Source of the DNA: Hemiscyllium ocellatum
Taxonomy: Eukaryota
Length of the DNA: 64,000 nucleotides
Assembly (NCBI RefSeq): GCF_020745735.1
Contig: NW_026867607.1
Span: forward strand, 744,001-808,000
Direction: 5' to 3'
Shown here: positions 12,348-25,620 of the stretch, in pieces
How the letters are laid out: each line of letters opens with the position of its first letter
Position numbering within the stretch: the stretch's first letter is position 1
Position numbers and translations under genes: made by a program
The notes under the pieces: model-generated
What the model saw: the letters and a program-made list of their open reading frames with translations, nothing else
The model's database searches: none
What the model was told of the DNA's origin: nothing

Positions 12348-14009
12348 CTGTCATTGGAGATGGGACCAGGTTGATTTTGCGTGGAGCGTGGCACCTCAGA
12401 CCCTGAGCAAAACTTTGGTCTTCATTGTTAATATCCTCGACTGAGCAATGCAAAAACCAATTCCTGTATGCTGTATTTCAAGTTATTTGCCATCCTGACT
12501 AGAAACAAGTCTGTTGTCCCTTCACGTCATTAGTTAAAAATCTTGGAGCTCTGTGTGAATGCCTGCACCACCTGGATCGAACAGTGGGCAGCTCTCCGTC
12601 AGCTTCTTCAGAGCTCCTGGGGATGACAATAAACTCTTACCTTGACAGTGCTGTCTAAAACCCAGGAATATATTGCGGTAGGTACAGTTATAAACATAGT
12701 TTATTTTTAACAGTTCGATCTGCATCATCTTCAATCTTGCAGAGGATTGACTGTGCGATGTCAGTGCCATTGAGTTCAACGTTTCCAGGGTGAGTAATCA
12801 CAATGCAACACAGCATCAATATTTAGGAAACGGTCAAATGCAGAAAGTTTATTATTTCTCATTTAATGTCCATTGCCAAATATTTGAGTGTCAATTTAAA
12901 GGACACCTTCAGTGTTCTAGTTTAGATCAGGCAGATTGACACAGTTCAGAGGAAAAAAAAGAATGTGCGGGAGAAACGGTATCTGGTCTAGCTGCAGCAG
13001 AGCAGATAGAAACAGGATCAACTTTTTGATTACAAAATGTCTCTTTTTTTTCAGAACAGTTTCAAATCTGAATAAATATTTTAACGCTGAATCTGTCTTC
13101 AGCTTCTGCCTGAGGTGATGCGCTTTTCCACCATTTTCCCTTTGAGTATCAGATTTCCATTACCTCTGGCATTTTGCCTTTCTGGCTGGGTCTAGATTTT
13201 GAACATGGTTATATTTGGACAATATGGTTCATTCCTGGTTCCATTAGAGCTGTTGTGCAGTGACACTTGTATTACACCAGAGTCTGATTCTTCTTTATGT
13301 TCCAAAAAAAGATTCTTTTTTTCACGGCGAATATCCTGCTAAATGTACAATTTCCGTCTGGAAATTAATGTTGTTGGAAAAGACATTTCAGATGCAGCTG
13401 CTCTTCATCTCTTCAGGAATAGATTATTGGTGATGATGATACAGTCTGTGCCCTTCAATGATCGTTAGTGTATCCAGTGTCTGAAAACTTTTCATACATA
13501 TCACAAAACAACTAAAGTGAAGATGTGGCTCACTCAGCCCATCATCTCTGATCTAGCATGGAATGAGCTATACCTTGACTGTTGTTATCCTGGATTATCC
13601 CTGTAACCATAACGTTTTGTTTCTTGTGTCTGTTTTATTTCTGAATATCCTACGCACATACGAATATTCCTATCAGCCTATTTTCCCTGTGATTAAACAG
13701 TCAGTATAAAATATAATTCTCTGCGTCACATTTGAAGCTATCGTATTCAGTTCACATTGTTTTTCATCTTTCCATTTCCCAAATGTCATCTGTTCGATAT
13801 TACATTTCATTCCAATTTTTGGGAAGCGTAGTGGTGTCCTGGGTAATGTGACTGTCGTGTCCAGCCTCCACAGCCACTGCCTCATTCCTTTCAGGCTCCT
13901 TGCCAACGTCATTTTAATTCTGTTTTTGACTCATAATCCATGGGTTTTAATGAGCAATGTTGTTGTATATGCTCCGTTTGGCTTTAGACTAAAGTCAAAA
14001 ACTGTAAAT

Positions 14010-15172
14010 GTAACTGCTTTCAAGTAAACAAACTGCAATAAATTGAAGAATGGGAGACTGATCTGTAAGGTTAGATCTCATGGCATTCAGGGAGAACTTG
14101 TAATTTGGATAGAGAAGTGACACAAAGGTAGAAGGCTGGTGGTGGAGGGTTGTTTCTTTTAAAATTGGAGGCCACAAGGATCGATGCTGGGTACACTAAT
14201 TTTGGTCATTTATGTAAATGATTTGGATGTGAGGTATACTTAGTAAGTTTGCAGTTGACGCAAAATTTGGAGATGTTTTCGACAACGAGGAAGGTCACCT
14301 CAGGTTCCAACGCTCTGTTGATCTGATAGGCCAATGAGCTGAGGAGTGGCAGATGGAGTTGAATTTAGATAATTGTGAGGTACTGCGTTTTTTGAAAAGT
14401 AAACCTTAGCAAATCTCAACTCTTAATGGTAAGGTCCGAGAGAGGTTTGTTGAACAAGGAGACCTTGGAGTGTCGGTTCATAGCTCCTTGAAAGTAGAAT
14501 CCCAGGTTGGCATAGTGAAGAAGGCGTTTGTATACTTTTCTTTATTGGTCAGAGTATTGGGTACAGGAGTTGGGAGGTCATGTTGCGGCTGTACAGGAAA
14601 TTGGTTATTCCACTTTTGGAATATTGCGTGCAATTATGGTCTCATTCGTAACAGCAGAATGTGGGGACCTTGAATGAGTTCAGAGGAGATTTACAACAAT
14701 CTTGCCAGAATTGGAGGATTTGAGCTACAGGGAAGTTCTGAAAAGGATGGGCTGTTTTCCCTGAGTCAGAGACTGAGGGGTAAACTTATAGGAGTTTATA
14801 AAACCATGAGGGGCATGATATAATAGATAGACAAATTCTTTTCCCTGGGGTGGGCAACTCCAGAACTATACAGCATAGGTTTAAGGTGAGAGCGGAAAGA
14901 TATAAAAGATACCTATGGGGCAACGTTTCCAAGCAGAGGGTGGTACGTGTATGGAATGAACAGACACAGCAAGTGGTGGAGGCTGCTACAATTGCAACAT
15001 TTTAAAGGTGTCTGGATGGGTATATGACGAGGAACGGTTTGTAGAGATACTGACCGGGTGCAGGCAAGTGAGATGAGATTAGGTTGGGATATCTGTTTGG
15101 CATAGTTGAGTTGGGCTGAAGGCTTTGTTTCTGTGCTGTATGTCTCTATGAATCTATGACTCTATGCTCTAT
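14010..15172 (+). mobile_element. CR1 LINE 3' portion with (ctatgact)n-type tail
   Basis: RT C-terminal remnants (agtaagtttgcagttgac; gagtggcagatggagttgaat); tail ctatgaatctatgactctatg. Confidence 0.85.
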
Positions 15173-15744
15173 GGACATTGGTGCTGAACATGCAACGTTG
15201 CTTTAATTCCACAGTTAGAGGAACATCCAGCCAAATCCATGTTTCCTGTAAACAGTCATGGCTACTAGGCCCAGTCATAATCTTTTGATTACTTGCTTTT
15301 TATACGCATTTGGTTTGCGGGTGGGGGGAGCGGTGGGAGTAATCGTTGGTGGGAGGTGTTCAGTCACCTACAACATTGCACATGGACAACTCAGCAGAGT
15401 TAACTAGCCGGTGAAAGGAAAATATTTATCATGCTTCGTCACCACTAGCTTCATTAGAACAAGTGACACTAGGAGGTAAGATCAATAAACCTGCAATGAC
15501 AAGATCCAATCCAGTCCAGTTATTATTGTGAGCTGAAAGTACTGTCGTGAGAGGGGTTAACTGGGACTGTTTGTTCAGTGACTGTGATTGATGTGAGACT
15601 AATGGATTCTAATTGTGACACTGCAGAATTCCCTTGTTCTCTCAGTAGGGGGTTTCTTCCTATGTATTATCTCGCTATAACAGCAGTTACAATGTCAGTT
15701 CGACACTAACAGGGATCAGCAGCTGCAGAGACAGAGGAAGGAGA

Positions 15745-15915
15745 TATCAGAACCAGACAACATTAGACTGGAGTGTTCGAACAAGGCATCATTGTCTAAG
15801 AACGTTAGACTGGATTGTTCCAGAAATGGATCAGAATCTGAAAACAATTGATTGGAGTGTTACAACAACGTATCAGAATCTGAGAACATTTGACTGGAAT
15901 AATGTTTCAACAATG
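15745..15915 (+). repeat. Four degenerate in-frame 42-45-nt tandem repeats across the GPCR 5' UTR and N-terminus
   Basis: YQNQTTLDWSVRTR / HHCLRTLDWIVPEM / DQNLKTIDWSVTTT / YQNLRTFDWNNVSTM. Confidence 0.85.
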
Positions 15916-16039
15916 GACAGGAGTTTATCCAGTGGTCTTCGCTATTTTTCCAGGTCAGAATTAAGTTGGAAGATACACGGTGCGCTCATGATTATTCAAG
16001 CGGGTTACTATCCCACCCTTGTTATTGTTGGTGCTCCTG
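15826..16039 (+). CDS. Exon 1 of GPR139/GPR142-like class A GPCR (N-terminus and start of TM1)
   Basis: ATG in good Kozak context (gaaATGg). Ends YYPTLVIVGAP-G|GTAAGT, a consensus phase-1 donor at 16040. NVS sequon. Confidence 0.85.
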
Positions 16040-16449
16040 GTAAGTCTCTCTGTATCGGGTCATTTATTAATTCCATTAACCGAATATTTTTATTATTTAT
16101 ATTTTACAAAGACAGAAAGTATTTCCTTCACTTTCATCCACAAATTCTGTTCATTTTGCTCGAAATTCAAATCTTCCCTCACAAACATCTGAGAACAAGA
16201 CTGTTCACAACCTCAAGATCCTTTTTGAACTGAAATGAGTTATGTCACATTATTCTCTCATCACTAAGCAGCTCTATCAGGTCCACAGTCTCCACCTCCG
16301 TGTCAGTACTGTTGATGAACAAACCATTATCTACACTTTAGTACCTCTACAAACTTCGGCTCTTCTCTGGCCATTATGACAATTACAAATATTTTTATCA
16401 TAAACGTGTTCTTCCCTTTAAAGTTACTTCGACATATCAGCGTCGTTAT

Positions 16450-16795
16450 GTCCCTCGGCAGGTAATTCAGAATCACAGGCAAGTAAACTAAAGATCAGGT
16501 TTCAAATCCAACGACAGCTGATGGTAGAACATAAATTAAATGATAAAATGAAAGCGAATTTCACTAACAACAACCATAATGCTTGCAGCATTTTGCCTGA
16601 AAACATAACTGTTCCACTGACATCCTTTGCTAACAAGAATCCAACATTATTAACGGGGCTGGAATAAGCGTGACTTCAGTCTCGCAATTATGTGCTTGGC
16701 TTGTACTGCCTTTTGGATTGGCCTCACAGTCAAGACAAATTGCTGCTGGTCATGACATTTTGCACTCGGCAGCGATGACCAAACAAAATCAATGG
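16450..16795 (+). mobile_element. SacSINE1/Deu-type SINE, diverged
   Basis: B-box-like ggtttcaaatcc; Deu-like core actgacatcctttgct...gtgacttcagtctcgcaattatgtg. Confidence 0.5.
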
Positions 16796-17219
16796 TTAAA
16801 TCAAACAAAAAAGATGCTGGCGATATGAAATGAAAAGCAATCAACTGTTAGGAAATCTGAACTCAGAAGAGAGAAAAAAAACATTTCGATAACTCTCTCC
16901 ACATATGAGACTTGAAAGCAGCTAGTAAATATTCCGATTGATGCTGATGACAGGGGTAATTGTTGTAAAGGGGAGAAAGAGTGAGTTGAATAGATGGAAC
17001 AAGAAAGGGAGAGAGAAAAAGAAGCAAACAAAGCGATTGTTAAGGACCATCTGGATGAAAGTAAATGTGTGACATTAACTTCTTTTAGTTTTTTTCCTTT
17101 TCCCATGACCTTGAACATACTGCCCATGAAGATGTATATCCTTGTCTATACATCCCAAGACACTGGTTAAACTGAGTTATGTCTCCTCAGTCTCTGTACA
17201 CTGAGCGTGGCCATCTTCT

Positions 17220-17710
17220 TTTATTCATTAATGTACTTTAATCTCAATGTGGGCCTCAAGATTTATTTCCATTTCCACGTTGCCTTTGAGACGGTAATCG
17301 TGAGATGCAACTGCTAACCACTGCAGCTCACGTGCTTTAAATTCCCTGTGCCGATGTCATCCTTTTTTATTTCTTTAAAACTTTATAGCCGTGAACATAA
17401 CTAAATGGCTAAGTCATTTCAAAAGGCAGTTGAGAATCAACCACATTGGTTTGGGTCTGGAATGACATACAGGCCAGACCAGGTGAAGATAGCTGGTTTC
17501 TTTCCCTACAAGATATTAATGACTGAGACATGCTTTTTCTTTTCGCGACATGGTGGTTTCAATGTTTCATTAGATTCTTAAATTAATATATTTTAACAAA
17601 ATTCTAATTACACCATCAGCCGTCGCGAGATGCAAATGCGTGGTCTATGTCATGACCTGAATAAGTGCATTAATATCCAAGAGATAATACTGCTGGGCAA
17701 TCACCTCCCC
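17220..17710 (-). mobile_element. SacSINE1/Deu-type SINE, diverged
   Basis: ggcagttgagaatcaaccacattggtttgggtctggaatgacatacaggccagaccaggt is the reverse of the Deu-like core. Confidence 0.6.
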
Positions 17711-18529
17711 AGTGTCCACTATCTTCCTGAACCGGCAATAATGTTGTTGCTATTATTGTGACTGACATACAGAAAATTGTGCTCTTACATTGTTAACTTC
17801 TTCTCTGGCGAACGGAACTGCTAATATTTCAGGTCACTGGGGCTGTGCATAGTTGTAATGGTTTCTACACCAGGAGCAGAAATTGAGGATAGGAAGGCAC
17901 TGAGTGGGTGAACAATCTTTACACAAATTTGACTTGCGTCTGTCATTGGAAATTTGGAGAAGGTGCTGTGGGTTTTCTCGGGTTTGTGTCGTCAGCTGCT
18001 GCATTCATGCTGGGAGATCTGAGGGTCTGTTGAGTCCGCTTTTGATGATGTATGGGAACTTCATTAACAGTGTACGGGGATCTGCAACACTGCTAACAAT
18101 ACAGTAGTAGAGTCTGCACAGAAGGGGGTGCTCTGCACGTTCCTATCTTTGGTTTAGTCGTGAAGGCGGTGGATGTTGAACATTTTCTGCATGTTCGGCA
18201 GGTTAGGGCCACTCCAGCAGAGACTTGTCAGTGGTGAGGTAAAGTATTGCAGCGAGCTAAGTCGCAAGCAGTGTTGGGAGCATTGATAAAGCCCTTGCCT
18301 GACATTGAAACATGGGGGAATGGGGCGGTGGGGGTGACATTTCGAGTCCCACAACTTCCATGTCATCGTGGGATAGTTGAAGACTGGCGACAAACTTCAT
18401 GATGTGGCCAAATTAGAAAAGGACGCTCTGTAATGCTTCCTGGCTAACAGTGACAAAGGGTTTTTTAATGTCAAAAGCAGCCTAGCAGAACGGTGATTCT
18501 GTTCTCTGCATTTCTCCGGCAGCAGTCCA

Positions 18530-18920
18530 TTATGCCCCATCGCGGCTGGCAGCCACAATGCATTTCCTGGAGAAAGTTCAATGTATACGGAGCTGTAATA
18601 GTTACAACCCTCCCAAATGTCTCTGAGACGTGGACTGGCTTCAACATGGACCTCAAGGTACGATAGCAGTCTCACGAATGCAAGATCCTGTGAATACGCT
18701 GGGAAGACAGATGCATCAAACCCAGTGTCTCCGATCAGTTGATAGGTTGGATACATTCCCAAGAGCGAGATGCATTGTCTCAGCAGCTGCCATATTCGCA
18801 GCTCCGAATTGGCAGACGAGCCTGTGTGGAAAGAGAAAGTGCTTCAGGGATGCCCTCAGGGCCTGACTGGTGAAGGGCGGCATTCCCACCGACAGCTAAG
18901 AATTACTGGGTCAAGACTGC
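18530..18920 (+). mobile_element. RTE-clade LINE fragment, cut by the LTR element
   Basis: KFNVYGAVIVTTLPNVSETWT and GKRKCFRDALRA...IPTDS resemble RTE C-terminal YRAVVLxxLLYGSETWT and GQRKRFKDTLKA. Confidence 0.65.
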
Positions 18921-19662
18921 TGTTGTGACCAGCTACTGTAGCTTTAAGAGAGTTGAAATGCCAACAAGGTCTTAGAGAAGCACTGAGAGTTTGGAATAAG
19001 GTGACTTTGCAGCATTAGATTGAGGCAGGTAGCTACGAGCTATTTATCCTGGATACAAAACCAGATTCAAATTTGGCAAATCAGTATAAATTATGCCCCA
19101 AGATGCCAAATTCCCATCAAGTTCCCAGTTAGGTTTTGATTACAGTAAAACCAATGAAAAGATCCTGTGTTTTAAGCTCCAAATATCAGACAGTTTGAAG
19201 AGTTGCAGAGAACAGCTAGCAGCAACAACGAGAGAGAGAGACTGCTTGCAGAAATATCTGCTCCCTTAAAGATATATTTATCTGTCATAGACCTGGAACC
19301 CGGAATCCCGAAGAAGAAGAAAAGAAGTCAGAGGAAAATTTGAAGAGGACACTCGGTAAAGGTGACTTGATTTGAAACTTCTTCAACTTCTTAATAAATT
19401 GCATACGCAATTTATTTTTAGCAGACCAGTATTGTAGACGGGAGTGCAATTGATAGGTTGAAGAGAAAGGAGTTGCAAATATAGTTGTTACTTGATGTTT
19501 TCTGTTAGAATTAAAGAAATAAAGCTGTTTTTTTTTTACTTCAAATATTTGCCTCTGGGAAAGTTACTTCTCTCTGGAGTTTTAACAGATTACAGCACAG
19601 GCCGATTTTTTTTCTGTGTTGCTTGTTTAAATTAGCAGGAGGGATTACCACGTGTCGTAACA
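18921..19662 (+). repeat. 5' LTR of Gmr1-like Gypsy element
   Basis: Termini TGTTGTGAC...GTCGTAACA (imperfect inverted repeat, TG..CA), internal AATAAA, followed by a PBS. Confidence 0.8.
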
Positions 19663-19665
19663 GTT

Positions 19666-19677
19666 TGGGGGCTCGTC
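19666..19677 (+). promoter_or_regulatory. Primer-binding site, tRNA-Pro type
   Basis: TGGGGGCTCGTC equals the first 12 nt of the tRNA-Pro PBS (TGGGGGCTCGTCCGGGAT), 3 nt after the LTR end. Confidence 0.8.
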
Positions 19678-20143
19678 GCCAGAATTACAAAGTTTGAGAC
19701 TTGGATCCGTAAAATGAACAGATTTAGACAGGTCCAGTCTGACATTTGGACAGATTTGAACACATTTCGTGTAGAAAAAAATGCCCAGCGGATTCAAACA
19801 CTTGAAAGTCAGTGTCTTTGATAGTCAAATAAAAGAGACGTGAGACAATTTGTTTAATTTCGGTGGTTTGTTGTTAGATAAATTAAAAGTGTGAGAAATG
19901 ACTCTTAAAATTGCTGAAGAGGTTCTGCGGTTTGACGATAATTCTCAAATTTGCCAAGAGAGTTCAGAAAGAAAGAAAAAGGCCATAGTTATAGAATTAG
20001 CAAAGAAACTAGATTGGGTTTAACAAAGGACAAAATAAAGCTGAAAGTGTATGGGAATTACTGAAACACATAAATGTGTTAGAGAAACAGACAAGTGCAG
20101 ACGAGGCAGAAAGATTTAAATTACATGCGAGGAAAACGGAATT

Positions 20144-20272
20144 NNNNNNNNNNNNNNNNNNNNNNNNNNNNNNNNNNNNNNNNNNNNNNNNNNNNNNNNN
20201 NNNNNNNNNNNNNNNNNNNNNNNNNNNNNNNNNNNNNNNNNNNNNNNNNNNNNNNNNNNNNNNNNNNNNNNN
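20144..20272. other. Assembly gap (129 N)
   Basis: Run of n. Confidence 0.99.
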
Positions 20273-22270
20273 ATGGAAGTCTGTATTTGAGCAAAAAAAG
20301 AAGTGAATTTGAACTTGAGAATTAGCGACTGAGTCAGCAATGTCAAATTAACAGGATTGAGATTAGAAGAGAAGCTAATGATATGGGCAAACTTTTTCCC
20401 AACTCTGCCACATTTTAATTACAAACATGCTGAAAACTTCCGTATTTCATTTGACAAAAGGCGGGGCAGATGGAGTGGCGCCGAAGGGTTAATACTAGTT
20501 CAGACTAACCTGGTAAGCAGAGCTAGTGACGTATTTGTCCCCGTTGTCATATGAGGCACCAATAAATTATGAAGTGGTGTCAGACGGGCTATATTAACGG
20601 CTTATGAATTTGTACAAGGGAGAAGGACAAGATGTTATAATTTTGAGAGATGCAGGATCTAAACAGTCGCTGAAGTAAGATGTTTCAAAAGTAAGATATT
20701 AGCGAATTTCTACTCTTTCTGACCTGCTACCTGAGATTGTGAAAATTTGTGCGATAGATGGACAGAAATGTAACCATTCCCGATGTTAGATCAGGCTGGA
20801 TTGCGAACTCAAGTCTGGAAGGTTACTGAGGGAACGATTGGCAGATTTTTAGTTCCAGGAATTCATTTTGTTCTTGGGAATGATTTAGTGGGGTACATGG
20901 TGGGAATGATACTCCTCGTTGTGGAGAAACCCAGGAACACCAAGAAACTGAGGAGTTCAAGCAGAAATATCCTGGTATTTTACCAGACTGTGGAGCAAAC
21001 AGATCACACTATCATGAGACGCAGTACGAAGCACAAACTAAGCAGAGACATTAAGGAGTTGAGGATCAAACAGCGGACATCCTGTTTGACGTTGTGGTGC
21101 AGGAAGAACCTGAGCAGGCAGATGCTCAGACAGAAACGTTCAGTTCTGAAAGGCTAAATGATGTGCAATAGCAGGATAAGATGATGAGATATACAATGTG
21201 GATGTGTACGCCAAACATGAGGCAGATAATATTCCTGAGGTTTATTATCTGAAAGATAGAATCCTAAGACGAAAATGGAGTCCACGGCAGTTCAGTTCAG
21301 AGGAGAGTTTAGAGGGCCAAAGTACACCAGATTGATTCGCCGGTAGCATCCAGAGTGGAGGTGATATCGGTAGCACATGAACTACCTGTAGGAGGTCACC
21401 TTGGGATATGAAAGACTCAGGCTATGGTTCAAAAGCATGTTCCTTGCCCTGGAATGCACAAAGACGTGGTTAACCTTTACCATACGTGCCTCGCATTTCA
21501 AATTGTATGAAGGCTGCAGGCAGTAATAAAACCAGCATTTTTGTTGTCAATTCCTACATTTGGAGAACATTTCACGATGGTTATGCTTGTTTGTGTAAGT
21601 CCACTCCCAAGAAGTAAAAGTGGGAAGCAGTACTTGTTAAGCATAATGGTTGTGTCTACCAAACATCGGGAGGGAATTCCATTATGGCGCATCAAGGCAA
21701 AAAAACTGGTAGAGGAGTTACTACCTTTCTTCATATTGTATGGCTTTCCCATATTTGGACCAAGTTTCAAAATTTACTCTTCGGTGTTTAAGGAGATTTT
21801 GGATAGCTTAGGTATACAGCACTTTCAAAAGAGTACGTATCATCCTGAATCCAAGAAAGTCATAAAAAGATAATATCAGACCTTGAAGAACATGTTGAGA
21901 GCATTTTGTGTGGATTATCCCAATGATTTGTATAAAGGTATCTCATCGTATTGTTTGCCACGAGAAATGAACCAAACGAATCCACTCAGTTCACGCTTTT
22001 CGAGTTAATTTTAAAATGAAGAGGTCCTTTGAAATTAATGAGAGAAAATCTAACGGTACCACAGTTGGAGGTCTCACACTTTGATTATGCAACGGAGGAG
22101 AGGGAGAGACGAAGTCGAGTAAGTGAGTTAGCTAAACAATACCGAAAGAGGACAGTACAGAATGAAGCAGGTAGCAGATAAATACTCTTAGCCTCGGACG
22201 TTTTCCCGAGGGGTTGATGTGTTAGTACTGTTACCAATGGTAGGAAATCTCTTCAAAGCAAGGCCGAGAC

Positions 22271-25200
22271 CAAAGAACAAAGAAAATTTGCTGCCCAGGA
22301 ACAGTCCTTTTACATTTTCAAGCCTGAGCCGATCAAAATGTACTGTCTAAGCATGTCAGTAAATTCATCAGCATTTGTGTCTCTCTGCTCCCCACCTACT
22401 CATGCATCTGTCCAGAAACAACTTAAATGAATATACCGTGCCTGTCTCTACCACCTCTGCTGGCAATGCATTCCAAACGCCCACCACCCTCTGTGTGAAG
22501 TAAGTGCCGCGTGTATCCCCATTAAACTTTCCTCCTGTCACCTTGAAAGCATGAACTCTGGTTATTGAATCCTTCACCCTGGGAAAAAGTTTGACTCCAT
22601 ACACCCTGTCTATACCCTTCATGATTTTGTAACCTTCAATCAGATCCCCCCTCAATCTTCTTTTTTCTAGTTAAATTAAATTTAACCCACTCAACCTCTC
22701 TTCATACCTAGCACCTTCCATACCAGACAACATTCTCGTAAACCTTCTCTGCACCCTCTCCAAAGCGTCCACATCCTTTCGGTAACGTGGCGACCAGAAC
22801 TGTACACAATATTCTAAATGCGACCGAACCAATATCTTGTACAGTTTTTGCATGAGTTCCCAGCTATGATACTCGATTCCCGTCCAATGAAGGCAAGCAT
22901 ACTATGTGTATTCTTGACCACTCTTTCCACCTGTGAAGCAACCTTAAGGGTACTATGGACCTGCACTCTCAAATCTCTCTGCCCATCAACTTTTCCCAAG
23001 GCTCTTCCATTCAGTGTATAATTCGTTCTAGAATTAGACTTGTCTAAATGCATCACCTCACATTTGTCGGGATTGAAAGCCATCTGCCACTTTTCGGCCC
23101 AACACTCCAGTCTATCTATATCCTCCTGCATTCTCTGACAGTTCCTTATGCTTTCTCTACTCCACCAATCTTTGTGTCATCTGAAAACTTGCTGATCATA
23201 CCAACAGTGCTCTCTTCTAGATCATTTATGTATATTACAAACGACAGTGGCCCAATACTCACCCCTGTGGAACACCACTGGTAATCTTTCTCCATTTCGA
23301 GAAACTCCCTTCAACTACTACTCTGTCTCCTGTTGCTCAACCAGTTCTTCATCCACCTAGCTGGAACAAACTGAGTCTTCACTTTCTCTATTAGTCTACA
23401 ATGGCGAACCTTATCATACGCCTCAATAAATTCCATGTGTATGAGATCAACAGCCCATCCTTCATCTAACAACTTGATCACTCCCTCGAAGAGCTCTGTT
23501 AAGTTGATAAGGCCCGATCTCCCTCGCGCAAAACCATGTTGCTTATCATTGATAAGTTCATTCCTTTCTAAACATAAATAGATCCCTCTCCCGCAACTTC
23601 CCCACCACCGACGTCTGGCTCACTGTTCTGTAGTTATCCAGAATATCCCTACTACCCTTCTTGTACAGGGGGACAACATAAACTACCCTCCAGTCCTCCG
23701 GCACCTCACCTGCATTTAAGAATGTCATAAAGATATCTGTCAGGGTCCCAGCTATTTTCTCTCTCGCCTCCCTCAGCAACCTGGGATAGATCCCATCAGG
23801 TCCTAGGGATTTGTCCACCTTAACAACCTCTAGCATACCCAACATATCTCTAATCTCAACATTCATTATGTTCCTCTCCTCAGTGAACACTGATGCAAAG
23901 TAATCATCCAGAATCTCACCCATTCTCTCAGGTTCGACGCACAGCCTTCCTTCATTTTTTTTAGTGAACCAATCCTTTCTCTAGTTACCTGCTTGCATCT
24001 TACATAAGAATAAAATGCTTTGGGAATTTCCTTAATTCTGCTCGCTAAAGCTATTTCATGACCCCTTTTAGCCCGCCTGATTCCTTGTTTCAGACTTGCT
24101 CAACTCTTCCGATATTCCTCCATGGCCCATTCTGTTCTTGGCTCCCTACACCAATGGGTCATGAAATATACTTTCCTTTTCCTCCTCGCTAGTCGTACAA
24201 TTTCTCTTGTCATCCATGGTTCACGAATCTTGCCCTTCATATCCTTTGCCTTCAACGGGAGATGCCTATCCAGCACTACTGTTAACCATAATTGAAAACC
24301 TCCCACATCACAAATGTTGACTTCCCTTCAAATACCTGTGTCCAGTCAACATTTCCCAGCTCCTGCATAATTTTGCTATAATTGGCTTTGGCCCATGTTA
24401 GTATCCTTCACTGAAGACCACTCTCGCCTTTATCTACGAGTATTCTAAAACTTATAGAATTTTGGTCACTTTTCCCAAAGAAATCCCCCATCACACCTTC
24501 TACGACTTGTCCAGGCTCGTTCCCCAGTACCAGGTGGAATATGGCCCTCCTTTGAAATACTGCTTCAGAAAACCCTCCTGAAACTTCGTCCAAATTCTAA
24601 TCCATCCAGACCTCTGACGCTCAGTGTAACGCCGTCAATGTTGGGAAATTGAGATCTCCCATCACCACTAACCTATTGCCTTAACAACTATTCATAATCT
24701 GTTTAGCTATTTGTTCTTCTACCTCCCATCTTGGTAGGTCTGCAATACAGCCCCAAAAATGTAACTGCACCCTTCTTATTTCCCAGCTCCACCCATAATG
24801 TCTCACTACCCTACACTGCCATAGAGTCCTCCTTTAGCACAGCCGTGATCAGCAATGCAACTCTACTTTTGCTTCCCTCCCTGCCCTGTCTTAAGTATTC
24901 ATATCCTGGAACATTTAGTTGCCAATCATCATGCACTTCCTTCAACGAAGTCTCTGTGATGGCAATAATGTCATACTCCCAGGCACCAATCCAATCCCTA
25001 AGTTCATCTGCCTTGCATACTATACTCCTTGTATGAAAGTAGATGCATTTTTGGCCACCAGTTCTTTTGTGCTCACCTGCTATCTGCCTATTCTTCCCTT
25101 CATTAATATCATTTTCATAATTCTTACAATCTCCAGTCTCCATCTCGCTGCCTACTTGTTTTCTCTTCTGGTCCCCAGTCTCCTGCCACAATAGTTAAAA

Positions 25201-25620
25201 ACCTCCCCAACATCAGCAGCAAAAAACTCTCCCAATGACATTGGTTCCATTCTGGTTCAGATGTACACCGCCCTTTGGTCATTGTCCCACCTTCCCAAAG
25301 CCGGTCCCAATGCGCGACAAATCTGAACGCCTCACTCCTACACCATCTCCCATGCCACGTGTTCATCCTGCCTTTTTTTTTCATTTCTTCGCTGGCTAGC
25401 ATGTGGCACTAATAGTAATCCCGAGATCACTACCTTTGTGGTCCTCCCCTTTGACTTCTCTCTCGATCACTGAATTCTTCTTTCGGGGCCTCGTCTCGAT
25501 TTCTATTTGTATCATTTGTGCCTATATGCACCAAGACAACTGGCTGTTCACCCTCCCCTTTTAGAATGCTCTGCAGCTGATCGGTGACATCGCTGACTCG
25601 AGCACCTGGGAGGCAACATA
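22271..25620 (-). mobile_element. CR1 LINE, 5'-truncated in ORF1, nested in the Gypsy integrase
   Basis: Minus ORFs: esterase CCLPGARVSDV..VHIGTND, APE DIIAITETSL, RT-region GPDGIYPRLL and HLEYCVQFWSP; simple-repeat tail at 22271. Confidence 0.92.

Noticed and set aside
12743-13460. Small plus-strand exon-like segments (12743-12789 with AG/GTGAGT; ~13398-13452 ending DDDTVCALQ*) as a receptor cytoplasmic tail
   Set aside because: The tyrosines needed for ITIM/ITSM motifs are absent and the frames contain stops; too weak without homology data.
16040-16233. Continuation of ORF 15826-16233
   Set aside because: AT-rich read-through past a consensus GTAAGT donor; intronic.
20076-20346. ORFs containing X runs
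   Set aside because: Artefacts of the 129-N assembly gap.
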